NCBI GenBank assembly: GCA_038241515.1
Contig: JBBSDO010000001.1
Coordinates: 1-40,314, forward strand
Source: Elusimicrobiota bacterium
Lineage (GTDB): Bacteria > Elusimicrobiota > Elusimicrobia > 2-01-FULL-59-12
DNA: 40,314 nt
Direction: 5' to 3'
Numbering within the stretch: the first letter of the stretch is position 1; each line of letters starts with the position of its first letter. The notes under the pieces are model-generated. The model was not told the origin of the DNA. It ran no database searches and saw only the letters and a program-made list of their open reading frames with translations. The position numbers were made by a program, and so were the translations under genes. Of the stretch, positions 1 to 8,429 are shown piece by piece.

Positions 1-2
1 GA

Positions 3-446
3 AAAGGCACGCGCTTGCTTGACCTCTACTGCGGCGTTGGCGGAATTGCCTTAACTCTAGCTGACCAATTCACGGAAATAGGGGGAATTGAAGAAGTAGG
101 TTCCGCGATTGATGACGCGGCCGCCAACGCCGACCTCAATGAAATTGAAAATGTGCGGTTTGTGGCGACTTCGGTAGAAGAGTTTTTGGACGAATCGACC
201 CGTTCATCCGGACCGCTCTGTGTCGTCCTTGATCCGCCTCGTGCCGGCTGCAGCCCGCAAGTGATTCGCGGTCTTCTTCGACTTCGTCCTGATCGGATCA
301 TCTACGTATCGTGCGACCCCGGAACTCTCTCCCGCGATCTGGGGTTACTCCAAAAGGGGGGATATCGAGTCAAAGAAGTACAGCCCGTCGATATTTTTCC
401 TCAGACAGCGCATATTGAAACGGTGGCGAAGCTGCAGAGAGATTAA
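3..446 (+). CDS. 23S rRNA (uracil-5-)-methyltransferase, RlmD/RumA (TrmA) family, C-terminal part; 5' end lies outside the window
   Basis: The frame is open to the window edge. It carries SAM-MTase motifs LDLYCGVGGIAL, VVLDPPRAGC and IIYVSCDPGTLSRD, typical of the RumA/TrmA family. Confidence 0.85.
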   Translation, partial: KGTRLLDLYCGVGGIALTLADQFTEIGGIEEVGSAIDDAAANADLNEIENVRFVATSVEEFLDESTRSSGPLCVVLDPPRAGCSPQVIRGLLRLRPDRIIYVSCDPGTLSRDLGLLQKGGYRVKEVQPVDIFPQTAHIETVAKLQRD

Positions 447-455
447 AGGAGATTT

Positions 456-878
456 ATGGACTGTGAATTCCCGTCGGCCAATGCCTCCTCCTCGGAAATA
501 GCCGAGATTCTTCGAGCCTCTAAGAGTATTGCCGTGGTAGGACTTTCACCAAAACCCGAGCGCCCGAGTTACGGCGTTTCCTCCTATATGCAGGAGCAGG
601 GCTACACGGTCATCCCAGTGAATCCAGGACATCCAGAAATACTTGGAAAGAAATCCTATAAGAGCCTTTTGGATGTGCCTGGGGACATCGATATCGTGAA
701 CATTTTCCGTGAGCCCAGCGCGGTCCCCGAAATCGTGGATCAGGCGATTGCCAAAAAGGCGAAGGTAATCTGGATGCAGGAAGGAATTGTCCACAATGCC
801 GCCGCAGAAAAAGCACGTGCCGCGGGTCTAAAGGTAGTAATGAATAAGTGTATTTATAAAGAGCATGCCCGCCTTTAA
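456..878 (+). CDS. CoA-binding domain protein (YccU/YneT-like)
   Basis: SIAVVGLSPKPERPSYGVSSYMQEQGYTVIPVNP and DIVNIFR...VIWMQEG form the Rossmann-like CoA-binding pattern. An AAGGAG Shine-Dalgarno sequence lies about 5 nt upstream of the ATG. Confidence 0.8.
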   Translation: MDCEFPSANASSSEIAEILRASKSIAVVGLSPKPERPSYGVSSYMQEQGYTVIPVNPGHPEILGKKSYKSLLDVPGDIDIVNIFREPSAVPEIVDQAIAKKAKVIWMQEGIVHNAAAEKARAAGLKVVMNKCIYKEHARL

Positions 879-884
879 CGGCTA

Positions 885-1004
885 ACGGCAAATCAAAAGG
901 CAAAATGCAAAAGGCAAAATGCAAATCTCTTGAGGTAGTTCCCTATAGAAACACCTCGAGCGTTTTGCCCTTTGCCTTTTGCATTTTGCCTTTTGATTTG
1001 CCGT
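885..1004. repeat. Long palindromic element, copy 1. A perfect 34-bp stem (885-918 pairs with 971-1004) encloses a 52-nt loop. The left arm is a tandem 14-mer CAAAAGGCAAAATG x2.
   Basis: I checked the reverse complement base by base. The element fills the gap between the convergent CoA-binding gene (stop 878) and tonB (stop 1004-1006), so it probably also acts as a bidirectional terminator. Confidence 0.85.
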
Positions 1005-2119
1005 CAGGCTATCGTGAATCGGAAAGTAATGATTCCCCAGGCTTCTTGTTCAGAGGAATCGGCGGTGGTGGGGGAAAAGCGCCAAGACATCAATGCGGCT
1101 TTGGCGAGATCGTCGAGTTCGGTGTAGCCCGAACTGCGCTCGATGCGCATGCTTTGTCGGATCGTGCCGTCGGATTTGACTGTGAAATAAATTTTGACCA
1201 TAGCCGAGATGCCTTTTTCCTCCGCCCAAGCAGGGTATTCAGGCAGCTTCTTTTTTAAGATCTTTCGGTCGCCCACTGGACCGCCAATTTCAATTCCATT
1301 ACCAATCGACTTCCCTTTTCCTTTGCCGCCCCCTCCACCCGATAAGCTTCCCTCTATGTACTCATCCGATTGGATAACGCCGTGGTAACCCCCCGCGAAG
1401 GATTTTCTATCTTTTCCCGCCAACTCTCCCGAACCTGATCCGGTTCCTGGCTGATAGCGATATCCCGAAACGGTTTTTATCCCTTTAGGGGCATCATGAA
1501 GCACGGCGGCATTCGGCAGAGAAGCAGTTTCACCCCGTTCTTCCCCGACCGGTATCGCGACGGAGGCGAATCCGGAAGAAGAAAGCGAACCTTTATCGGT
1601 AAGTTCAAAATTAATATCGCTGGCGCGTACGCCGCGCGTTTTTCCACGCAATTTTGCCGGTGGGGCGAACGCTTGGACCATCCGGTGCGGCGAAGGGGCG
1701 GAGATGCCGGGCGCCGGCGAAGCCGCGAGCGGTTCGTCACTCGCGTGCGGTATAAACTTCGGCATCGTAATTTTCGATTGAAAGGGGTGTGGTGTCGCCT
1801 TAGCATGGACAACCGCGTGCGTGGTGACGGGTATCGGTTTGGCCGGGCGCGATAAAGACAGACCGGACTTATGCGCCTTTTTAACCACTTTCTTTACGAT
1901 CGGTTTCGGCTTCACCGGTTCCGGTTTTTTAACTTCCGTTATGGAGGGCATTTTGTCTAACACCTTCACTTCCATAGGCGCAGGCGCCCTTTGCAAGGGA
2001 TTGGCTGGCATCAGCGTAGGGTTCCAGGCCAGAAGCATGAAGTGGCAGGTTATCGCTGCCCCAAAAGGCATCCATCGATTGGGAAGATACAATTCGTCGA
2101 TCGTCCCTACTCTTGCCAT
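1004..2119 (-). CDS. tonB: Energy transducer TonB family protein
   Basis: It has an N-terminal TM helix, a Pro/Lys-rich spacer (KKPEPVKPKPIVKKVVKK) and a C-terminal TonB domain (LPEYPAWAEEKGISAMVKIYFTV..DGTI...SSGYTELDDLAKAALMSWRFSP). Its ATG directly abuts the exbD stop codon. Confidence 0.8.
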   Translation of the reverse strand: MARVGTIDELYLPNRWMPFGAAITCHFMLLAWNPTLMPANPLQRAPAPMEVKVLDKMPSITEVKKPEPVKPKPIVKKVVKKAHKSGLSLSRPAKPIPVTTHAVVHAKATPHPFQSKITMPKFIPHASDEPLAASPAPGISAPSPHRMVQAFAPPAKLRGKTRGVRASDINFELTDKGSLSSSGFASVAIPVGEERGETASLPNAAVLHDAPKGIKTVSGYRYQPGTGSGSGELAGKDRKSFAGGYHGVIQSDEYIEGSLSGGGGGKGKGKSIGNGIEIGGPVGDRKILKKKLPEYPAWAEEKGISAMVKIYFTVKSDGTIRQSMRIERSSGYTELDDLAKAALMSWRFSPTTADSSEQEAWGIITFRFTIA

Positions 2120-2560
2120 TTAGGATTTCGCTCCTGAAACGTTTGGATCCCATTTGACGAGAATGAGACTGTCGCCGCCATGGTGCCGTACGACGTCCAT
2201 CAGGTGCACGACTTTCCCATGCGACAGCTCGGGAGATGCCGTCAAAAGAACGGAACGATCTTTGCGGGAAGCCATGACTTGATCGAGGCGCTTAATAAAT
2301 TCCATATCGGACCCCATCGGCATTCCGTTTAACTTCAAAATGCCGGGAGCGAAAGCGACGATCACAGGCGTTTCCGGCTGAGTCAGTTCTTCCTGCGTTT
2401 GAGCCGCTGCCGCCTTGGCCTTCGTCACTTGAATGAGCGCCTGGGTCACCATCGGGCTCAACACCATTAAGATAATGAGCAGAACGAGCGACAAGTCGGC
2501 TAGGGGGATAACATTCACTTCAGAAAGACTTTCGTCGTCCGTGGATAGTTGCTGGGCCAT
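2120..2560 (-). CDS. exbD: Biopolymer transport protein ExbD/TolR
   Basis: EVNVIPLADLSLVLLIILMVL is the ExbD-type TM segment. Size (146 aa) and the position immediately upstream of tonB fit. Confidence 0.85.
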   Translation of the reverse strand: MAQQLSTDDESLSEVNVIPLADLSLVLLIILMVLSPMVTQALIQVTKAKAAAAQTQEELTQPETPVIVAFAPGILKLNGMPMGSDMEFIKRLDQVMASRKDRSVLLTASPELSHGKVVHLMDVVRHHGGDSLILVKWDPNVSGAKS

Positions 2561-2803
2561 TGGGGTCTCCTAAAAGGGAAATCGCATGATTCTTATTGAT
2601 TTATAACGGATTAACGTTACGAGAATATGTCATTTGTGTAAAAATTGGGTTACGGGGGCGACAATTCTTGTTTTCCGCATAGCCCTTCTAGATAGCCGAA
2701 ATAAGACCCCGTTGCAAGAGGAAGTTAACACCTTTTAACATGGCCCTAGAGATTCCCTGACTTCGTCGCCGGGCCGACTTGCGCGACAGGCATACCCCAT
2801 CGT

Positions 2804-2855
2804 CGTTCAGGTTCTGAACGTCCTTCAGACTCTGAACTCTGCTTGGCCCTGAACG
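2804..2855. promoter_or_regulatory. Operator-like array: TTCAG-N3-CTGAA palindromes at 2806-2818 and 2824-2836, plus a third CTGAACG half-site at 2849-2855
   Basis: CGTTCAGgttCTGAACG has perfect 7-bp arms. CTGAAC recurs at 2814, 2832 and 2849 (17-18 bp spacing). The array lies just upstream of an extended -10 (TGcTAGAAT, 2871-2879) and the ATG at 2886. Confidence 0.4.
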
Positions 2856-2885
2856 CTTTTCTCTTCCTGCTGCTAGAATAACCCT

Positions 2886-3482
2886 ATGCATCCCGACGAC
2901 CAGTTTTGGGAAGACACCTACCTCAAAACCAAACCTGATGCCTTGCCCTGGAACGCCGGGCGCCCCGATCCCGATCTGGTCCGATTGGTCGAAAGTGGCC
3001 GCGTCCCTTCGGGGCAGGCTTTGGACCTGGGGTGCGGGGCCGGGCATGACGCGGTGTTTCTCATTGAAAAAGGCTTCACGGTGATCGCCATCGACATCAG
3101 TCTCTCGGCGGTAAAACTCGCTCGTGTCACGGCCAGCAACGCAGGACTCTTTGGTTTTTTCACCCAAGGTGACATCCGGCGCATTCCCGTGGAAGACGGG
3201 CATGTGGACTTTGCCAACGACCGGGGATGCTTTCACATACTAGCTCCCGCTGATCAATCCAAGGCCATTTCGGAAATCCACCGCGTACTGCGCCGCGAAG
3301 GACAATTCCTGCTGCGCGTGTTTAGCGACAAAGAGCCGCCGGGAGATGGGCCGCATCGCTTCACGCACCACGAGCTGGAACAGCTTTTCGCAAAGCAGTT
3401 TCGGATTCTCGAGACGTGGGAAGGAATCTTTGAAGGCCCACGCCAGCCGAAGTCGTATTCCCTGCTAATGGAAAAACGGTAG
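2886..3482 (+). CDS. Class I SAM-dependent methyltransferase (TPMT/TehB-like)
   Basis: Motif I is ALDLGCGAGHDAVFLIEKGFTVIAIDIS. An acidic-loop D and post-II motifs follow. The protein is 198 aa. Confidence 0.8.
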   Translation: MHPDDQFWEDTYLKTKPDALPWNAGRPDPDLVRLVESGRVPSGQALDLGCGAGHDAVFLIEKGFTVIAIDISLSAVKLARVTASNAGLFGFFTQGDIRRIPVEDGHVDFANDRGCFHILAPADQSKAISEIHRVLRREGQFLLRVFSDKEPPGDGPHRFTHHELEQLFAKQFRILETWEGIFEGPRQPKSYSLLMEKR

Positions 3483-3487
3483 AGAGC

Positions 3488-3582
3488 ACGGCAATGCAAA
3501 AGGCAAAAGTCAAAAGGCAAAAAGGGAGGTCGGCTTTTTCTAAAAGGCTCACCTCCCTTTTTGTCTTTTGCCTTTTGACTTC
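3488..3582. repeat. Long palindromic element, copy 2 (imperfect), sharing ACGGCAA..CAAAAGGCAAAA..CAAAAGGCAAAA with copy 1
   Basis: The inner 12-bp perfect stem is AAAAAGGGAGGT (3519-3530) paired with ACCTCCCTTTTT (3551-3562). The outer arms 3496-3518 and 3563-3579 pair with a few mismatches. It starts 6 nt after the methyltransferase stop. Confidence 0.8.
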
Positions 3583-5125
3583 TTCTTTTCCTGTCTGGGC
3601 TTCTCGCTCCGAGATCCGCAACGGCCGCTTTTATGTCGATAATGAACCTTTTTACGTCCGCGGCGTTGGATACGCGCCATGGCGACCCCATCAGCATCCT
3701 GGCGTCTCTTACACGGACGCCAACCGCCATTGGACCGCACTGGACTTCCAGCGCATGAAGGCGGCGCACGTGAACACGCTGCGAAGTTGGGATGCTTTGG
3801 CCCCTCAGGAACTCGCGCTCGCCAAACAATATGGGTTGATGGTCTTGCAGGGGATTTGGCTCGATCCCCGACAGGATTTTTCCGATCACCGCAACCAGGA
3901 GTCCTGTGTGACGCGGGTCAAAAGTGTGGCCGAACAGTCGAAAGACTTTGATAACGTCCTGGGGTACCTCGTCATGACCGAACCCAATCCTCGGGTCGTG
4001 ATGGAAGCCGGTGTAGACGAGACCAACCAATTTTTCAGGCGGCTAAAACGCACGATCCAAACAGTGGATCCCCGGCCCGTTTCAATGGACAGCTGGATAC
4101 CGCTCGCCTTCATGAATTACCAAGATTTCGACTTCGTGACGTTTAATACCTTCGCCTTTTGGCCAAAATCCGTCAACTATGCCTTGGGCTTTGCTGGCTA
4201 CAACCGCTGGCTGGCGGACCACTTTGCCGCTGATCGACCGCTCCTCATCGGCGAAACCGGAGGCTATGCGGTCTCCCGGGCGACAGAAACGGAAGCGGGC
4301 GGTTCCGGTGGTTGGACGGAATACAACCAGAGCATCAAGGATCTCGAAAGTCTGCGAGGGACGGTCCAAGGACATGCCTCCGGGGCTTGCTTGGTTTCCT
4401 GGATCGACACCTGGCATTACCCCAGCGATCCCGACGTGCACGACAATGAACCCTGGGAATGGGACGGAATTCTAGGCATTCCGACCGACAGCAAGAACGA
4501 TTCGGAGGGGGTTACACGCCAGGTTTATCGCGACCTGACGAAGTTCAATGAGTTGATGCTCCTCGAGCCGAAGGCCGAACACATCTACAGCGATTCCTTT
4601 CCCATCCATGTGAGCGCCGCCGAGAACGTGGCCTCCGTCAGCTACAGTCTCAACGAAGGCGATTGGAAACTGCTAACGGGTTCCGGACACGGCTGGTTTC
4701 AAGGCTTTTGTAAACTCGCGCGGCTTGCGCGAAAGCGACAGAAACTCACGGTCCAGGCGATGGACGCAAGCGAACAAGTTCTGGATAAAAAGGAAATTTC
4801 GTTTTTAACGCAGGTTCAGCCTGAACAGGTTTTTATCGAATCCGTCCCGGAGTCCAAAAAGGAGACGGCATTGCGCTTTCGGATCCGCGCGACGGATGAT
4901 GCCCATCGACCTTTAGTGCAGCGAAAGATCTACTTCGGATTTTTCTATCCCATTACTCTGCGCGAGACGCAAGGCACACAAATGACGGACTCGGCAGGAG
5001 AAATTACGATCACTTCATCGCTCAAGCCCCAGGCTGAAGATCGCTTTCTGTATGTGTCGGCGGGTACGGACAGCCCAGAACGGGTCCGCACGGGTGACAT
5101 GCGCATCTTTACGCTCGGAAAGTAA
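3494..5125 (+). CDS. Secreted glycoside hydrolase-like protein: clan GH-A (beta/alpha)8 barrel N-terminal half and Ig-like C-terminal half
   Basis: The signal peptide is MQKAKVKRQKGRSAFSKRLTSLFVFCLLTSSFPVWA. RNGRFYVDNEPFYVRGVGY, NTLRSW, LVMTEPN and LLIGETGGY resemble the GH-A acid/base and nucleophile strands. The exact family was not determined. Confidence 0.6.
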   Translation: MQKAKVKRQKGRSAFSKRLTSLFVFCLLTSSFPVWASRSEIRNGRFYVDNEPFYVRGVGYAPWRPHQHPGVSYTDANRHWTALDFQRMKAAHVNTLRSWDALAPQELALAKQYGLMVLQGIWLDPRQDFSDHRNQESCVTRVKSVAEQSKDFDNVLGYLVMTEPNPRVVMEAGVDETNQFFRRLKRTIQTVDPRPVSMDSWIPLAFMNYQDFDFVTFNTFAFWPKSVNYALGFAGYNRWLADHFAADRPLLIGETGGYAVSRATETEAGGSGGWTEYNQSIKDLESLRGTVQGHASGACLVSWIDTWHYPSDPDVHDNEPWEWDGILGIPTDSKNDSEGVTRQVYRDLTKFNELMLLEPKAEHIYSDSFPIHVSAAENVASVSYSLNEGDWKLLTGSGHGWFQGFCKLARLARKRQKLTVQAMDASEQVLDKKEISFLTQVQPEQVFIESVPESKKETALRFRIRATDDAHRPLVQRKIYFGFFYPITLRETQGTQMTDSAGEITITSSLKPQAEDRFLYVSAGTDSPERVRTGDMRIFTLGK

Positions 5126-5127
5126 CC

Positions 5128-8100
5128 ATGACTTTTCCCCTCTTCGATTACTTCCCAATCACGCTGTGGGACCAACGGGCCCAGCAACCGGGGACCGTCC
5201 TGACCGGCCTGCCGGGCGGAAGCAAAGGGTTCTTTCTCGCCGCTTTAGCTCTGCGGGAAAAGAAACCCTTGCTGATTGTAACTGTGGACGATGTGGAGGC
5301 GGAAGGCCTCTTGGCGGATATCGAAGCTTGGGGCACGCTTGGCTCCCCAGACGCGCGGCCGCCATTTCTATTTTTTCCGGAAAGCGATGCCGCGGCGCGC
5401 ATTGCCGCACTGGGCGCATGGAACCATTCTAAGGCGGCCCTGGTGGTCTGTTCCAAAGCAGCTCTTGAGGTCCCGACTTTTGCTCCCGCGGAGCTCAAAG
5501 ACCACACGCTTGAACTGCGGCCGGGCCGAAGTTACGCGCGAACCCTGCTCCTTGAGAAACTGGCACGCGGCGGCTACGAACGTACGGACATGGTCGAAAT
5601 GGAAGGAGAAGTCGCCGTGCGCGGCGAAGTGGTCGACATCTGGCCGCCAGGCGTCGAAAAACCCTGGCGCCTTCTCTTCGATGGCGACGAACTCGAGTCG
5701 CTCCGCGAGTTTAGCTCAGGCACCCAGCGCTCGGAGGCCTATCTCAATCCGCAGATTCTATTGCCCATCAAAGAGACAAAGGTAGCGGGCACGCTTTTAC
5801 AACACATTCGCGAGGAGACAATTTGGTTTTGGGATGAAGTAGAGCCCACAAGCCCGCACCCTACCCTCTCTCAAGGGGAGAGGGCCAAGCCTAGCCTTCT
5901 CACCTTGGTAGAGGGCAGGGATCAGGGCTTTCACCTCCTTTACAAAGGCCTTCCTCCTGAAGGCGCCCTTGACCTGGGTTTTCGCTCGACCACAGGCCTT
6001 GCCTCCGGCATCGCGCGGGCAGCGCAAGAGGCCGCGCAGCGGAAAGCGGCCGGCCAGACGGTTTACTTCTTTAGTCATAACGCCGGCGAAAGCGAGCGCC
6101 TCTCCGAACTTCTCGAAGAACAAATCGGCTCCCACGGCACCGATGGAATGGAGTTCTTGCTGGGTCCGCTGCGAAATGGATTTATGATGGGTCCCCCTTT
6201 GGAAAAGGGGAATGATGGCGGGCACCGGCCCTTGTTTGTTCTCACCAACTCCGAAATCTTCGGCCGCTACCTGCATCGCCCGCGCTTGCCCAAATTCAAA
6301 GGCTCAGGCGCAATTAAAGAAATCCACGACGTACGCGCCGGCGATTTTGTCGTTCACGAACATTACGGGATTGGCCGCTACAAAGGTCTCGAACTCGTCC
6401 GCGCGGCGGGACAGGAAGCGGAATATCTGAAACTGGAATACCAAAAAGGCGACCGGCTCTTTGTGCCGCTCTCCGATTTCAAACAGGTTCAAAGGTACTC
6501 CGGCTCCGAAGGCAAAACACCGCGCTTGAGCTCGCTCGACACGGCCAGTTGGGAACGCGTGAAGGCGCGCGTCAAAGAAAGCGTCCAAGAAGTGGCCAAA
6601 GATTTACTCAAAGTGCATGCGGCGCGCGCCGCCCTGCCGGGATATGCTTTTCCGCCCGATTCTCATCTCGAGGAAGAATTTGGCGCCTCCTTTCTCTACG
6701 AAGAAACGACAGATCAGCTGCGCGCGATCGGCGACGTTAAAAAAGACATGGAGTCCTCGCGGCCGATGGACCGGCTCATTCTAGGCGACGTCGGCTATGG
6801 AAAGACAGAGGTGGCGATGCGGGCCGCTTTCAAAGCGCTCGCGGACTCCAAGCAAGTGGCGGTCCTTGTTCCTACAACGATTCTCGCCGAGCAGCACTTC
6901 CGCACGTTCAAAGAGCGCTTTGCGGATTACCCTGCGCGAATTGGGATGCTCTCTCGCTTTCAAACCCCCAAGGAGGTCAAAGAAACCGTTCTAGGAATCG
7001 CCAATGGCACGATCGATATCGCGATTGGGACCCACCGGCTTTTTCAAAAGGATGTCGTCTTCAAAGATTTGGGCCTCTTGGTCATTGATGAAGAACACCG
7101 CTTCGGTGTGAAGCACAAGGAGCGACTTAAAAAACTTCGTCAACACCTGGATGTGCTGACGATGACCGCGACACCCATTCCGCGCACGCTTTCCTTCGCG
7201 ATGTCGGGCTTGCGCGAATTGTCCATTATTGAAACTCCGCCCACCGGCCGCCTGCCGATTTTTACGCACGTTGGGGCCTATGAGGATCGTGTGGTTCAAG
7301 CGGCTGTGCAGCGTGAGCTCGAGCGCGGGGGACAAGTTTTCTATGTGCACAACCGCGTTCAATCTCTGAACTCGCGCTTGCACTTCTTGCAGCAGCTCCT
7401 TCCAGGGGTCTCTATCGGGGTCGTGCACGGCCAGTTGAGCGGGGCCGCCATCGAAAAAGTGATGTGGGAGTTCGTGCACCGCAAGCATCAAATCCTGCTG
7501 GCCACAAGCATCATTGAATCCGGAATTGATATGCCGACCGTTAACACGCTGATCGTGGAAGAGGCCGAAGAGTTTGGCCTCGCGCAGCTTTATCAGTTGC
7601 GTGGGCGGGTGGGGCGTGAGCGACAAAAAGCCTATTGCTACCTTTTTTACTCCCCTTCGGTTCCTTTGACCTCGGAGGCCCGAGCGCGCCTTGAAGCCCT
7701 GCGCGAGTTCACGGAGCTCGGCAGCGGCTACCGTTTAGCGGTGCGCGATATGGAAATCCGCGGCGCGGGAAATTTACTGGGTCAGGAACAACATGGCTTT
7801 ATCGCAGCCGTCGGTCTAGATCTTTATTCGCAACTTTTGCAGGAGGAGATCGCACGGCTCAAAGGCGAACCGCCTCCTACTATAACCCGTTTTCCCAGCA
7901 TGGACCTTTCCGTACATGCCTTTTTACCGGCAGACTACCTTCCTTCAGAAGAACTGAGAATCCTGTTCTACAAGAAACTCGTTTCAGCCGAGACTTCCGA
8001 AGCTCTCGATTCGGTGCAAGGGGAACTCGAAGACCGTTTTGGCCCCCTGCCCCCCGAGGCCGAAACGCTTATGGAAATCTCGCGCCTGCGTATGATGGCC

Positions 8101-8349
8101 AGAGACTTGGGCATCTCCGGCGTGGTCCAAAAGCCCTCGACCCTCGACATCCAATTCCTCGCCAACACCCCGGTACTGCCCCAATCCCTCATCGAACTCG
8201 GCCACGAGCGCTCCCACATCCGCTTCAAACCCGGCCCGCCCTTCACCCTCATGATCGAGCGCGCCGCTTACGAAGCCAACGGCCCGATTCATTACTTGAA
8301 AGAGCTCTTGAACTTTCAGCTATCTCTGTTATCGCCGTCGTCCGTCTAA
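5128..8349 (+). CDS. mfd: Transcription-repair coupling factor Mfd
   Basis: It has a UvrB-homology N-terminus, an RNAP-interacting domain (VVHEHYGIGRY), SF2 motifs GDVGYGKTEVA, DEEHRFGV, TATPIPRTL and LYQLRGRVGR, and a TRG motif. Confidence 0.95.
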   Translation: MTFPLFDYFPITLWDQRAQQPGTVLTGLPGGSKGFFLAALALREKKPLLIVTVDDVEAEGLLADIEAWGTLGSPDARPPFLFFPESDAAARIAALGAWNHSKAALVVCSKAALEVPTFAPAELKDHTLELRPGRSYARTLLLEKLARGGYERTDMVEMEGEVAVRGEVVDIWPPGVEKPWRLLFDGDELESLREFSSGTQRSEAYLNPQILLPIKETKVAGTLLQHIREETIWFWDEVEPTSPHPTLSQGERAKPSLLTLVEGRDQGFHLLYKGLPPEGALDLGFRSTTGLASGIARAAQEAAQRKAAGQTVYFFSHNAGESERLSELLEEQIGSHGTDGMEFLLGPLRNGFMMGPPLEKGNDGGHRPLFVLTNSEIFGRYLHRPRLPKFKGSGAIKEIHDVRAGDFVVHEHYGIGRYKGLELVRAAGQEAEYLKLEYQKGDRLFVPLSDFKQVQRYSGSEGKTPRLSSLDTASWERVKARVKESVQEVAKDLLKVHAARAALPGYAFPPDSHLEEEFGASFLYEETTDQLRAIGDVKKDMESSRPMDRLILGDVGYGKTEVAMRAAFKALADSKQVAVLVPTTILAEQHFRTFKERFADYPARIGMLSRFQTPKEVKETVLGIANGTIDIAIGTHRLFQKDVVFKDLGLLVIDEEHRFGVKHKERLKKLRQHLDVLTMTATPIPRTLSFAMSGLRELSIIETPPTGRLPIFTHVGAYEDRVVQAAVQRELERGGQVFYVHNRVQSLNSRLHFLQQLLPGVSIGVVHGQLSGAAIEKVMWEFVHRKHQILLATSIIESGIDMPTVNTLIVEEAEEFGLAQLYQLRGRVGRERQKAYCYLFYSPSVPLTSEARARLEALREFTELGSGYRLAVRDMEIRGAGNLLGQEQHGFIAAVGLDLYSQLLQEEIARLKGEPPPTITRFPSMDLSVHAFLPADYLPSEELRILFYKKLVSAETSEALDSVQGELEDRFGPLPPEAETLMEISRLRMMARDLGISGVVQKPSTLDIQFLANTPVLPQSLIELGHERSHIRFKPGPPFTLMIERAAYEANGPIHYLKELLNFQLSLLSPSSV
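5864..5884. repeat. Small GC-rich hairpin CCCTCTC-tcaaggg-GAGAGGG inside the mfd coding sequence
   Basis: It has the same CCCTCTCC/GGAGAGGG core as the intergenic hairpin at 28933-28955. It is translated in frame as ..PHPTLSQGERAKP.. Confidence 0.6.
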
Positions 8350-8429
8350 CATCAGCGGCTGCGAACATCCGTCACCTATTCACACATAAAGCCGATGGTT
8401 CTCGAAGAGGATTGCAATGATGCCTACAG

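Noticed and set aside
905-1258. 117-aa ORF starting MQKAKCKS.
   Set aside because: It is produced by reading through the palindromic element and then antisense through the tonB C-terminal domain. The signal-peptide look is a by-product of the palindrome.
2584-2604. Fur-box-like AT-rich sequence upstream of exbD.
   Set aside because: Only about 9 of 15 positions match the ATGATAATCATTATC core, which is not distinguishable from generic AT-rich promoter DNA.
2688-3236. 182-aa minus-strand ORF in the position where exbB would be expected.
   Set aside because: It has no TM helices or MotA/TolQ/ExbB motifs. It largely overlaps the well-supported methyltransferase gene on the other strand.
3254-4030. 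258-aa minus-strand ORF.
   Set aside because: It overlaps the methyltransferase 3' end, the palindromic element and the hydrolase gene. The Arg/Pro-rich shadow composition argues against a real gene.
6991-7626. 211-aa minus-strand ORF inside mfd.
   Set aside because: It is antisense to the helicase core of Mfd, so it is a shadow ORF.
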